Source of the DNA: Sedimentisphaerales bacterium
GTDB lineage: Bacteria > Planctomycetota > Phycisphaerae > Sedimentisphaerales > SM23-30
NCBI GenBank assembly: GCA_963666285.1
Contig: OY762711.1
Length of the DNA stretch: 64,000 nt
Direction: 5' to 3' (one strand)
Position numbers and translations under genes: made by a program. Positions 1 to 9,582 of the stretch are shown here, piece by piece; within the stretch, counting starts at the first letter, position 1, and each line of letters starts with the position of its first letter. Below the pieces are notes generated by a model, which saw only the letters and a program-made list of their open reading frames with translations, had not been told where the DNA came from and searched no databases.

Positions 1-82
1 TACTTGAGTTAAAGAAATGAAATATGACCCAACTCAGCACAAAATATTAAAAATAATATGTATTTGATCCCAAAACTACCCG

Positions 83-379
83 TTATTTATCGTCAATAAC
101 ATTAACATCAATATGTATTGTATCTTCATTACCAGATGGTCGACCCGAAGGAGGCGAAATCCTTCGCCCCAAACGCCAGAGCTTAAAACCGTAAACAAAA
201 CAAATTGCCGCTATAAAATACAGGATAAAAGCCACCACCCCCGCAAAAATATCCGGGTATGCGGTTATTAATAAACCAAGGATAACTAAAATTATCCCAA
301 GCGAAAAAAGTGGTTTCACCGCAAAAGAAAGCGGCGAGCCAAATTGCCCGTTAGATAAGTTCTGAAATTTGAAGAACAT
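83..379 (-). CDS. small membrane protein (two predicted TM helices), hypothetical
   Basis: 98-aa ORF with two hydrophobic segments; overlaps the end of the upstream HAD gene. Confidence 0.6.
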   Translation of the reverse strand: MFFKFQNLSNGQFGSPLSFAVKPLFSLGIILVILGLLITAYPDIFAGVVAFILYFIAAICFVYGFKLWRLGRRISPPSGRPSGNEDTIHIDVNVIDDK

Positions 380-1118
380 CTGGCAAACTCCTGATCTTAG
401 CAGGCTTTACAGAGTACTCTGAAGTCCTCAGCCCGTAATCCATATATACAACGTCGTCTTCTATTGTTTCAGTACCGCCGGTAAGCCACAGAGGTATCAT
501 ACCAACTCCACTGGCACCCAGAACGTCAGCATCATACCGATCACCAACATACACTGTCTTTGCCGGGTCCAATTCCATTCTTTCTATCGCAGCCTTAAAA
601 ATTACCGGGTCCGGCTTAAAGGAATTTTCCAGTGCAGAGTCAACCATAACCTCAAAAAAACCATCATAGTTGACCTGGCGGCACCACCCGGAGATATTGC
701 CCCAGTTATTACTTATACACCCTAGTCGATATGCTCCATGTAATTTTTCAAGAGTTTCAATATTTCTTTTTAAAATATCATGCGAGTCAGCCATAAACTC
801 AGCTGCTATATCTAGTGGGTCCCATAAGTCAGCCGTCTGCTGCCAGTTATCACCTTTTGCCTTATCAGCTTTAATTATCTGATGAGCATGAGACATCCAC
901 CTGACTACAGTCTCATCGACATTGAGCTGCATAATATCATCCATATCATTCATCTCAACCGCGGACTGCTTAATCGAGGTAAAGAAAAACTCTTTATCTA
1001 TTTTCCGGCCATCGGCCCTGTCTAATACATAGTCATAAAATCTGGTAAACCAGTCTACCCCGTCAAAATCCAATGTACCACCGAAATCGAATAAAATCGC
1101 ATCTATTTCTTTTGTCAT
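351..1118 (-). CDS. HAD-superfamily hydrolase
   Basis: Motifs LFDFGGTLD, ISN, KPDP and VGDRYDAD. Confidence 0.9.
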   Translation of the reverse strand: MTKEIDAILFDFGGTLDFDGVDWFTRFYDYVLDRADGRKIDKEFFFTSIKQSAVEMNDMDDIMQLNVDETVVRWMSHAHQIIKADKAKGDNWQQTADLWDPLDIAAEFMADSHDILKRNIETLEKLHGAYRLGCISNNWGNISGWCRQVNYDGFFEVMVDSALENSFKPDPVIFKAAIERMELDPAKTVYVGDRYDADVLGASGVGMIPLWLTGGTETIEDDVVYMDYGLRTSEYSVKPAKIRSLPDVLQISELI

Positions 1119-1172
1119 AGCTGTTTCTACTTGTCTCTCTTACTACCTGATTACTATAAAATATTATCCGAA

Positions 1173-2285
1173 TCAAAAGTCCATAATCATACAATTGCCA
1201 TTTTCAAAAATGACCTCATCGTCCATTACCACTTTTCCGCCGGGCCGCAGGTCGCAAACCATATCCCAATGCAGGCCAGACTGGTTAACTCCACCGGCTT
1301 CCGGGAAACCCGCACCAACAGCCAGATGAACTGTTCCGCCGATTTTCTCATCGAAAAGAGTATTCTTGGTAAATTGCTGGATACCGTAATTTGTACCTAT
1401 AGCAAACTCACCGGCAATCCTGGCACCATCATCCATCGCCAGCATACTCATCAAAAAGTCTTCTCCTGTTTCCGATGAAGCTTTTACTACCCTGCCTCTT
1501 TCAAACTCTAACACAACTCCCCGGCATTCATGCCCCATATGACATGCCGGAAAACTGAAGACAATTTTACCTTCCAGGGAATCTTCAACCGGAGAAGTAA
1601 AAATTTCGCCATCAGGGAAATTCTCTTTACCACAGCAGTTAATCCATTTCCTGCCTTCAACTACCATCCTTAAATCCGTTCCATTATCAGCCTGAACGTG
1701 AACTGTTTTTTTATCAGCAATAAGATCTATAAGCTTCTGCTGTTTCTCAGAAACTTCCTGCCAATGTTTTACCGGCTCCTCTTCATGTAACAAACCGGCA
1801 CTATATACAAAATCTTCATATTCCATTAGTGACATGCCGGCATCCTGGGCACTGGCCTCTGTCGGGTAAAGAGTGCCTGACCATCGCAGATCACCGGAAG
1901 CTGTCCGCTCGAAAAATCTATTCAGGATTGGCTTTTGAGAAGCTGCCAGCATCCCCTGCCGGGCAGAATCGCATTGGCTCAAAGACTTTGTATTCGTTTC
2001 AGCCCACAATGAAATAAATACATCAGCTTTTTCAACTTCATTTTTAGCAAACGGAGAAACATATTTCAACTGCTCTTCGCTGCCATTTTTCAGCATAAGC
2101 TCTTTTAGGGTAGCCGGAGCCATACGAACATGAGGGTGACCGCCCGCTAATAGTACGTATTTGTACAATGCGACAATCAGCGGTTCAGATACCGGCGGTC
2201 CCTGGATAATCACTACATCATCTTTTTTTACCGAGACTGAATAATTAACAATAACTTCTGAAAGTTTTTCAACTCTTGGGTCCAT
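1173..2285 (-). CDS. aminopeptidase, M29 (thermophilic metalloprotease) family
   Basis: NFPDGEIFTSP, GEFAIGTN, LFDEKIGGTVHLAVG and SGLHWD motifs. Confidence 0.92.
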   Translation of the reverse strand: MDPRVEKLSEVIVNYSVSVKKDDVVIIQGPPVSEPLIVALYKYVLLAGGHPHVRMAPATLKELMLKNGSEEQLKYVSPFAKNEVEKADVFISLWAETNTKSLSQCDSARQGMLAASQKPILNRFFERTASGDLRWSGTLYPTEASAQDAGMSLMEYEDFVYSAGLLHEEEPVKHWQEVSEKQQKLIDLIADKKTVHVQADNGTDLRMVVEGRKWINCCGKENFPDGEIFTSPVEDSLEGKIVFSFPACHMGHECRGVVLEFERGRVVKASSETGEDFLMSMLAMDDGARIAGEFAIGTNYGIQQFTKNTLFDEKIGGTVHLAVGAGFPEAGGVNQSGLHWDMVCDLRPGGKVVMDDEVIFENGNCMIMDF

Positions 2286-2621
2286 TACTCCACTCCTAAT
2301 TCATTTGAAAAATCAATTTGCACATATTCATTATAGTTAAATATAGGACCTGGGTCAAAATATTTCCAAACAGGAAGTAATTGAGAAAAAAGCATTTACA
2401 CAACATCCGATAACTATGAAACATTCAGGAAAAGCAGAAAAACCGTTCCGTACAGCGGCGATTTATAACTTATTGCTCTGCATAACCTTATTGGTTACAA
2501 GCATATATTTCAATCTTGCAATGCTGCTTTTTGGCAATATATTCTGTCTGCGTCCATAATATCTCCCGAAAATATAAAAGAGAATCTTAGCGAAAATAAA
2601 TAACGATAATGGTATCTATTT

Positions 2622-3083
2622 ATGGCTGTAAGAATCAGAGAAATACTAACCTGCCTGAAAGATTGCAAAAAGGAAGTAATAATTTGCATTATCTTGATAT
2701 GGCTTACCATAGCCACATTATTTTGGCCGGGTAACGGTCCGTCTGTCGTACTTACCTCTGCCCAAAGTTCGGAAGGTCAGTATATTACCAAAGAAGATTT
2801 CTACCTCTGCAGCATAGATTTCACTAACTCAAAATGGTCCGGGAAATACCAGAAGTTTGCCTGTTACCTGGAAATAGATGGTCAGGAGTATCATTTGCTG
2901 GATGAATTTGTATCTGCACAAGAGAAATTCGTCGCCTTTGGCCTGCCAGATTACTTATTCCGTGAGATTACACCTGGCAGCCATAAATGCAGGCTGATAA
3001 TAAGACCGTCATACCAAAATAGCGGCACACTTGAACCTGGACTTATTGAAATAAAATCAAACCTGATTACTCTAACCTTCTAA
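2622..3083 (+). CDS. membrane-anchored hypothetical protein
   Basis: 153-aa ORF with one N-terminal hydrophobic helix followed by a soluble domain. Confidence 0.55.
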   Translation: MAVRIREILTCLKDCKKEVIICIILIWLTIATLFWPGNGPSVVLTSAQSSEGQYITKEDFYLCSIDFTNSKWSGKYQKFACYLEIDGQEYHLLDEFVSAQEKFVAFGLPDYLFREITPGSHKCRLIIRPSYQNSGTLEPGLIEIKSNLITLTF

Positions 3084-3112
3084 GGTAAACAGCCGGCCGG
3101 AATTTATATCTA

Positions 3113-4087
3113 TCAAAGTGAAACTACAGCATCAATTAAAGTTTCAAACGATTGTCTCAGGCCGCTATCATCGATAGACTCAACAAAAGAGCGTAAACCT
3201 TGCGATAATTTTCTAACTTTTTCCTTACAGTAATCAATACTATCGGTAGCATTTAACCTGGCTATCAATTCCTGCTTGAGTTCTAAAGTAAAACCTGAAC
3301 CGGAAATCTCATTCAACCACCCCAGTGTATTGTCTCCGGCTATCGCAATATGATGAATGACAGGCAGGGTATTTTTGCCCAGTATAATATCTGTACCAAC
3401 AGTCTTTCCACTTTCAACTTCAGGACTGATAATATCTCTCAAATCATCCATTACCTGAAAGGCTATCCCGAAATCCCTGCCAATCTCAAACGCACGCTGA
3501 CATTGCTCCGGGCCGGCACCGGCTAAAAACGCACCCCTCTCGACACAGCAGGCTATAAGTGACGCCGTTTTTTTCGAGACAATATCAAGGTACTGTTCTT
3601 CAGAAAGAGAAAAATTACCACTGGTTCGCTGCTGGGCCAATTCTCCCTCGCAGATATGTCCGACAACTTTTGCAACAGAGCCAAAATCGCGTTGATTTTC
3701 CAGCTCAAATGTGGTTGCCAGAACTATACTTAACAGTAAGTCTCCGGCCAGTACTGCCGCTTTATTGCCTACTAATTTGTTCAGTGACGGCTGATGCCTC
3801 CTGGTATCAGCTCCATCCAGAACATCATCATGCAGCAGAGAAGCAACGTGAACCATTTCGATCAAAGCAGCGGAAATGTAATGGTCTTTAACCAGCGAAC
3901 CATAAGCTTTACCTGAAAGCAAAACCAGGATCGGCCTGATCATTTTGCCATTACGCGCCTTTACCAGCTCCAATACTCCAGAGGCTTCCGGAAGACTGCA
4001 TTGACAATACTTTTCAATCAGGGATTGAACCTGCCGCAAATCTTCGGCAAGGTAATCGTATATTAAATTAATACTGTTTTTCGACAT
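3113..4087 (-). CDS. polyprenyl diphosphate synthase
   Basis: GKMIRP, LLHDDVLD and FQVMDD aspartate-rich motifs; start placed at ATG 4087 (ORF is open to 4147). Confidence 0.9.
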   Translation of the reverse strand: MSKNSINLIYDYLAEDLRQVQSLIEKYCQCSLPEASGVLELVKARNGKMIRPILVLLSGKAYGSLVKDHYISAALIEMVHVASLLHDDVLDGADTRRHQPSLNKLVGNKAAVLAGDLLLSIVLATTFELENQRDFGSVAKVVGHICEGELAQQRTSGNFSLSEEQYLDIVSKKTASLIACCVERGAFLAGAGPEQCQRAFEIGRDFGIAFQVMDDLRDIISPEVESGKTVGTDIILGKNTLPVIHHIAIAGDNTLGWLNEISGSGFTLELKQELIARLNATDSIDYCKEKVRKLSQGLRSFVESIDDSGLRQSFETLIDAVVSL

Positions 4088-4179
4088 CGTATCAATAGCA
4101 CAAAAAGAACTGAGCGTAGCTAACAGATTAAAGTATGCTACGCCCATATTAAAAACTTCACTTATTAAATTGCATAAGA

Positions 4180-5037
4180 TTAACTTCGAACATAAGCATC
4201 AAAAACTTCCAGCAACTTACGGGTAACCGGGCCGGGCTTACCGTCTTTGATTACTCGTTTGTCAATCTCTACTACAGCAATAACTTCCGCCGCAGTTCCT
4301 GTCAAAAACATTTCATCCGCAACATAAAGATCAAACTTGACCAGGTTTCTTTCAACTACTTCGTAACCGGTCTCTCTGGCCAGTTTTATTACGACCTTGC
4401 GGGTAATACCGTCCAATGATCCGGAAGATACCGGTGGTGTATATATAATACCATCTTTAACTATAAATACATTGTCACCGGTAGCTTCGGCAACATAGCC
4501 ATAATGGTTATACATGATTGCTTCCAGCATGCCGTGGTCAAGAGCTTCAAGCTTGGCAAATATATTATTCAGATAGTTCAGGCTTTTTACCTGCGGCGGC
4601 AAACTCAACGGATGGTTCCTCACCGTATTGGCACTGATTACCTGCAAACCATTCTCATACAACTCCTGGGGATAAAGCTGAATTGTGGAAGCTATAATTA
4701 TAACTATCGGATCTTTACATACCATCGGATTCAATCCAAGAGTGCCTGCGCCACGGGTAACGACTAACCGTATATATCCATCTGATATGTTATTTGCTTC
4801 TACTGTTTTCTCAGTATTAGCCATCATTTCATCAACAGTAAATGGAATCTTCAACCTGATAGCTGCTGCTGATTCGTAAAGACGCAAGACATGCGCCTTC
4901 AATTCAAATATCTTGCCGCTGTAAACGCGGATTCCTTCAAAAACTCCGTCACCATAAAGTAAACCATGGTCGAAAACTGAAACTTTTGCCTCCGACTCAT
5001 CTACTAACTTATCCTTTAGCCATATTTTCAAACTCAT
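4180..5037 (-). CDS. ilvE: branched-chain amino acid aminotransferase
   Basis: DHGLLYGDGVFEGIR, VKSLNY and EMFLTGTAAE (class IV PLP aminotransferase). Confidence 0.93.
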   Translation of the reverse strand: MSLKIWLKDKLVDESEAKVSVFDHGLLYGDGVFEGIRVYSGKIFELKAHVLRLYESAAAIRLKIPFTVDEMMANTEKTVEANNISDGYIRLVVTRGAGTLGLNPMVCKDPIVIIIASTIQLYPQELYENGLQVISANTVRNHPLSLPPQVKSLNYLNNIFAKLEALDHGMLEAIMYNHYGYVAEATGDNVFIVKDGIIYTPPVSSGSLDGITRKVVIKLARETGYEVVERNLVKFDLYVADEMFLTGTAAEVIAVVEIDKRVIKDGKPGPVTRKLLEVFDAYVRS

Positions 5038-5226
5038 CTTAATACCCTGTCAGTCAATGGTAAAAACTATAATTCCTTATATAGACTAGTCTTATATATT
5101 TGTCCATTTCTTTAATCTATATATTTTAAGTACAGTATTTTCCTGTATTTAACGAATAAATTCCAGTAAAAAATGCTCTCAGAAAACTTATTGTCGGCAA
5201 ATTCCCGAACATAATTATCTTAAGAA

Positions 5227-7134
5227 CTAAAAATGGCTGATATTAGCCTCTTTTAGCTGGCAGATGCGAGATTTGATATTATCGGCAATTGCCTTACTAT
5301 TGATTCCGGCCTCTTCCAACTGCCCTTCTCTGGTATCTGGTCCAATATATTTATCAGGAAAACCCATTCTAAACAATCGAGAAGTATCAAGACCGCTTTC
5401 CTGAACAAATTCCAGCACAGCAGAACCAAATCCGCCTATTAATGCATGGTCTTCAACGGTTATTATTGGAACTCCATTAAGGGTTCGGTAAATCTCCACA
5501 ATCGTATCCATATCAAGCGGCTTGGCAAATCTGCAGTCGTAAACGGCAACCTCAATACCCTCATCCTGAAGAATATTAGCTGCGGTCATACTATCATATG
5601 CCATTGATCCATATGCCAGTATCACAGCTTTATCGCCCTCTTTAAGCTGCCTCGCCCTTTTGTCAGAAAAACCTGACGGGCCGCCTATTTCCGCATACTC
5701 ATGTTTGGCAACACTTGCTCTTGGATAACGTATCAGGCAGGCTTTACCGCTGTCAACAGCATATTCCAGGGCACCCAGCATCTCAGAATTATCTGACGGT
5801 GAGATCAGTTCAAGGTTTGGTAAAGTACGAAATATCGCAATATCGGTAAAGCCGTGATGTACGGCACCATCACCGCCCACCATGCCGGCACGATCCAGAC
5901 AAAAAACTACCGGTAATCCCTGCAGGGACACCTCCTGGAATACCTGGTCAAAACCTCTTTGCAAAAAGGTAGAATATATGGCTACCACCGGCTTGAGACC
6001 TGTCTTAGCCATACCGGCTGCTATATCTACCGCAGCTGATTCTGCAATACCAACATCAATTACTCTGTCTGGAAATTGCTCTCTCACTGAAGACAAACCG
6101 GTACCATCCGGCATCGCTGCCGTAATAGCATAAACTTTTTCATCTTTTGACATTATTGCAGCCAGAGAATCCGCAAAAGAAGCTGTAAAGCTTTTACCCT
6201 TGGACTTGTCAAAACTGGCTGATTCACCATCGATCTTAAACGGTCTGGGACTATGGAAAGTCGTTGGGTCATCTGTCGCTGGAGTAAAGCCCCTGCCTTT
6301 ATCTGTATGAACGTGAAGAATAATTGGATGTTCAAAATCCTTTATTGCACTGAATATTTCAATCAAATTTGATATATTATGGCCGTCAATAGGACCGTAT
6401 ACCGGAACGTTCAACTGGTCAAACCAGTGGTTACCCAAAAAGGCAGTCTTAACGCCTTCCTTGAATTTATCCAGCTGTTTCTTGAGCAGCGGGAGCCTGC
6501 GCATAAACATATGAGTGCTGCGATTGAGAAAATCATTTGGCCTCGATACCCGCATTTTTGTCAGGTAATTGGCAAAAGCTCCCTGGGTTTTATCTATCGC
6601 CATTTCGTTATCATTCAAAATAAAAAGCAGCTGTCTCTTCACCAGGTTGGTATTATTCAACCCTTCAAATGAAAGCCCGTTCACAATACTGGCATCACCG
6701 ATAACGGAAACAACCTTTTCGGTGCTGTTTTGAAGCTGAGCTCCTAAAGCCAAACCTACTGCGGTGGCTACCGCTGTACCTGCATGGCCAACTGCAAACT
6801 GATCGTAATCGCTCTCTTTGGGATTGGGAAAACCGCTGATCCCGTCTTTTTGCCTTAGTTTATCAAACTGGCTCGCCCTGCCGGTTAGCATCTTATGTAC
6901 ATAACATTGATGCCCGACATCCCAAACCAGCCTGTCCCTGGCAAAATCAAAGACATAATGCATGGCAATTGTCAACTCTACAATACCAAGGTTACTGGCT
7001 AAATGACCGCCATGAATTGAAACACTGTCCTTTATATGCTGACGAAGTTCTTCTGCTAGATTATTCAGCTGGCTGATAGATAACCGGCATATATCTGAGG
7101 GAGCTTTGATTGTACTAAGTAGTTTTCCTATCAA
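5227..7134 (-). CDS. dxs: 1-deoxy-D-xylulose-5-phosphate synthase
   Basis: GGHLASNLG, WDVGHQCYVHK, DVGIAE and DRAG..GGDGAVHHG motifs; TTG start. Confidence 0.95.
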   Translation of the reverse strand: MIGKLLSTIKAPSDICRLSISQLNNLAEELRQHIKDSVSIHGGHLASNLGIVELTIAMHYVFDFARDRLVWDVGHQCYVHKMLTGRASQFDKLRQKDGISGFPNPKESDYDQFAVGHAGTAVATAVGLALGAQLQNSTEKVVSVIGDASIVNGLSFEGLNNTNLVKRQLLFILNDNEMAIDKTQGAFANYLTKMRVSRPNDFLNRSTHMFMRRLPLLKKQLDKFKEGVKTAFLGNHWFDQLNVPVYGPIDGHNISNLIEIFSAIKDFEHPIILHVHTDKGRGFTPATDDPTTFHSPRPFKIDGESASFDKSKGKSFTASFADSLAAIMSKDEKVYAITAAMPDGTGLSSVREQFPDRVIDVGIAESAAVDIAAGMAKTGLKPVVAIYSTFLQRGFDQVFQEVSLQGLPVVFCLDRAGMVGGDGAVHHGFTDIAIFRTLPNLELISPSDNSEMLGALEYAVDSGKACLIRYPRASVAKHEYAEIGGPSGFSDKRARQLKEGDKAVILAYGSMAYDSMTAANILQDEGIEVAVYDCRFAKPLDMDTIVEIYRTLNGVPIITVEDHALIGGFGSAVLEFVQESGLDTSRLFRMGFPDKYIGPDTREGQLEEAGINSKAIADNIKSRICQLKEANISHF

Positions 7135-7543
7135 TATTTACAATCCTTAATGATATTTCATAATATCTTATTCAAGCTTGTTAGTATTAATCGAGCTGTA
7201 TATATACAAGCTTAGTATTATATCTCAAAAAAAGACATTTGAAAAGATTTTTCAAAATTATAACTCATATAATATAAAAACATTACGCTTCAATGTCGTT
7301 TATTGTATGTATAAAAAACAAAGCTCTTACTTTTTTGAGCATAAACCTATTATTAACAAAAACTTAACTTTATATATGACGCCAAAATCAATTACAGCGG
7401 CTAAATATACTAAAAATTTAGTTATAAGACCTTGCTAGACGATAATTTTAGAGTTAGAATAGTTACATCTTTTTTGGCCCGTCCACATTGAGGTCAGATG
7501 ATTCAGCCAGGAATGGCTCAAAACACTTTTTCAAGGATGAAAA

Positions 7544-8542
7544 ATGGAATCACCTAAAAACAGAAAATCTGTGTTAATAATCAAACATGGATATTCAGAA
7601 ACATGTGACCATAATATCTCTTCAACAATAAGTTACGGAGATGTATTCCGTTGCACTTGCCTGCTTGATTTCTTTCGAGGAGAACATGTAACATGGATCA
7701 GTGCCCCGGCTGCTGAAGACCTCCTGGCACACAACCCATTAATCGACCAGCTGATTCTGGCCGAAAGCCCATCTGAAATCAATGGAGAACGACTCCTGAA
7801 ATCGTACGACATTGTCATTAACCTTGAAAAACAGAGAGACTGGTGTGAGTTTGGCAAGAATATAAAAAGTAAAAATAAATATGGTTTTAGAAATTGGGCC
7901 GCTACTGGAGATGATGCCTATTATCCGGAATCCGCTCAGGCTCTTTCTGAAGGACTCGAACGTGATAACTTCACCCCCCTTCAAGACACTCTTTTCAAAT
8001 CAATTGGCGAAGAGTGGACCGGAGAAAGATATTCTCTGGGATATAAACCAAGAGTCCATAATATCTACGATATAGGCTTCAACTGTCATGTTGGGTCAAA
8101 GTGGCCGAATAAGGCATGGCCTCTGGAATACTGGAAAGATTTACACAAAAGACTCAGTCCGGGATATTCCATCTGCTGGCAGCAGTCGCTGGATAATGTC
8201 AAACAGTATATTGACTGGCTGGCATCATGCAGGCTGATTATCACTAACGATTCTCTTGGACTGCATCTGGCTATTGCATTAAAAAAGAAGATTATTGCAT
8301 TGTTCGGGCCAACCTCTTCTGAACAGGTATATCTTTACGGCCATGGAGTCAGCCTCACCCCAAAAGAAAAACACAGCTGCAACCCATGCTTTTTAGCTAA
8401 ATGCCAAAGAGGTAAAAATTGTATGCACGATATCTGTGTTGACGACGTTGCCATACATGTCGAAAAACTACTGTTAATGAAAAAAAATGCTATCAAAGAA
8501 CGGGCCGCTATTGATACCACTAAAAAAGTTGCCCAGCCTTAG
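7544..8542 (+). CDS. glycosyltransferase family 9 (heptosyltransferase-like)
   Basis: GDV at the N-terminus, KWPNKAWP, TNDSLGLHLAIAL...LFGPT and a C-terminal CxPC...C...CM. Confidence 0.88.
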   Translation: MESPKNRKSVLIIKHGYSETCDHNISSTISYGDVFRCTCLLDFFRGEHVTWISAPAAEDLLAHNPLIDQLILAESPSEINGERLLKSYDIVINLEKQRDWCEFGKNIKSKNKYGFRNWAATGDDAYYPESAQALSEGLERDNFTPLQDTLFKSIGEEWTGERYSLGYKPRVHNIYDIGFNCHVGSKWPNKAWPLEYWKDLHKRLSPGYSICWQQSLDNVKQYIDWLASCRLIITNDSLGLHLAIALKKKIIALFGPTSSEQVYLYGHGVSLTPKEKHSCNPCFLAKCQRGKNCMHDICVDDVAIHVEKLLLMKKNAIKERAAIDTTKKVAQP

Positions 8543-8568
8543 CTTATTATTTTGGGAGACCTGAGAAA

Positions 8569-9504
8569 ATGCCTGATTTGCCTGATATTAGGATAAATGA
8601 TGACTGCAATTATATTGCAGCGTTCCTGACAATGGCATGCTCGTACAAATGCAATTATTGTATCAATGCATTTGGCGGAGACAGAAAACATCACAAACTT
8701 CTTAGCGCCGAGCAATGGATTTCCGGGCTAAGCAGGTTAACTAACCTGGAACATGATGATGGACTTGTACCTATCACTCTTCAGGGCGGTGAACCCAGCC
8801 TTCACCCGGGATTTTATGATATTATTAACGGCCTGCCTGAACGGATAAAAATTGATATCCTGACAAACCTGGATTTTGATATTGAAGAAATGATCGCTAA
8901 GGTTAATCCTGAAAGACTCAAGCGAGACGCCCCCTACGGCTCTATTCGGGTTAGTTACCATCCTACCGAATGCAGTCTGGATGAGCTTTTTGAAAAGACT
9001 CTTCGAATGATGGAAGCCGGTTTTCAAATCGGAGTATATGGCGTACTCCATCCAGACCAGCAGGAAATCATTCTGGAAGCACAGGCTAAAGGACAGAAAC
9101 TTGGAATAGATTTCAGAACCAAGGAATTTTTGGGATTCTATAACGACAAACTTTACGGCCACTTCAAATATCCCGAAGGATGCAGCCTGGCTAAACCTGT
9201 TACCGGTCCCGGCAGCAGCACTGTATGGTGCAGAACAACTGAAGTTCTCATCGGGCCCGACGGGGGAATTTACCGCTGCCATCATGACCTGTACGAAAAG
9301 GAACCGCCTATTGGCGACATTCTTGACCCGGCTTACACTATCTCGAACAAACATACCGCTTGTGACGATTTCGGTCTTTGCAATCCATGTGATATTAAAG
9401 TCAAAACCAATCGCCTGCAGCAGTTCGGTCATACCTCGGTAGATATTAAATTTGAAGAGCCTCAAGAGCCAAAATCTGAAAAAATAAACGCAAGAATACA
9501 TTAA
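8569..9504 (+). CDS. radical SAM protein with SPASM/twitch-like C-terminal domain
   Basis: CSYKCNYC, GGEPSLHP, C..IGPDGGIYRC and further Cys residues. Confidence 0.88.
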   Translation: MPDLPDIRINDDCNYIAAFLTMACSYKCNYCINAFGGDRKHHKLLSAEQWISGLSRLTNLEHDDGLVPITLQGGEPSLHPGFYDIINGLPERIKIDILTNLDFDIEEMIAKVNPERLKRDAPYGSIRVSYHPTECSLDELFEKTLRMMEAGFQIGVYGVLHPDQQEIILEAQAKGQKLGIDFRTKEFLGFYNDKLYGHFKYPEGCSLAKPVTGPGSSTVWCRTTEVLIGPDGGIYRCHHDLYEKEPPIGDILDPAYTISNKHTACDDFGLCNPCDIKVKTNRLQQFGHTSVDIKFEEPQEPKSEKINARIH

Positions 9505-9582
9505 TTGATAATACCCTGACAGATGCTAAAACTTACCGAACAGCTTATGTGTCGGATATATTCCACTTTTCATTAAACTATT

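Noticed and set aside
8737..9501. 254-aa antisense ORF opposite the radical SAM gene
   Set aside because: Shadow ORF with no recognisable motifs, lying entirely inside a well-supported gene
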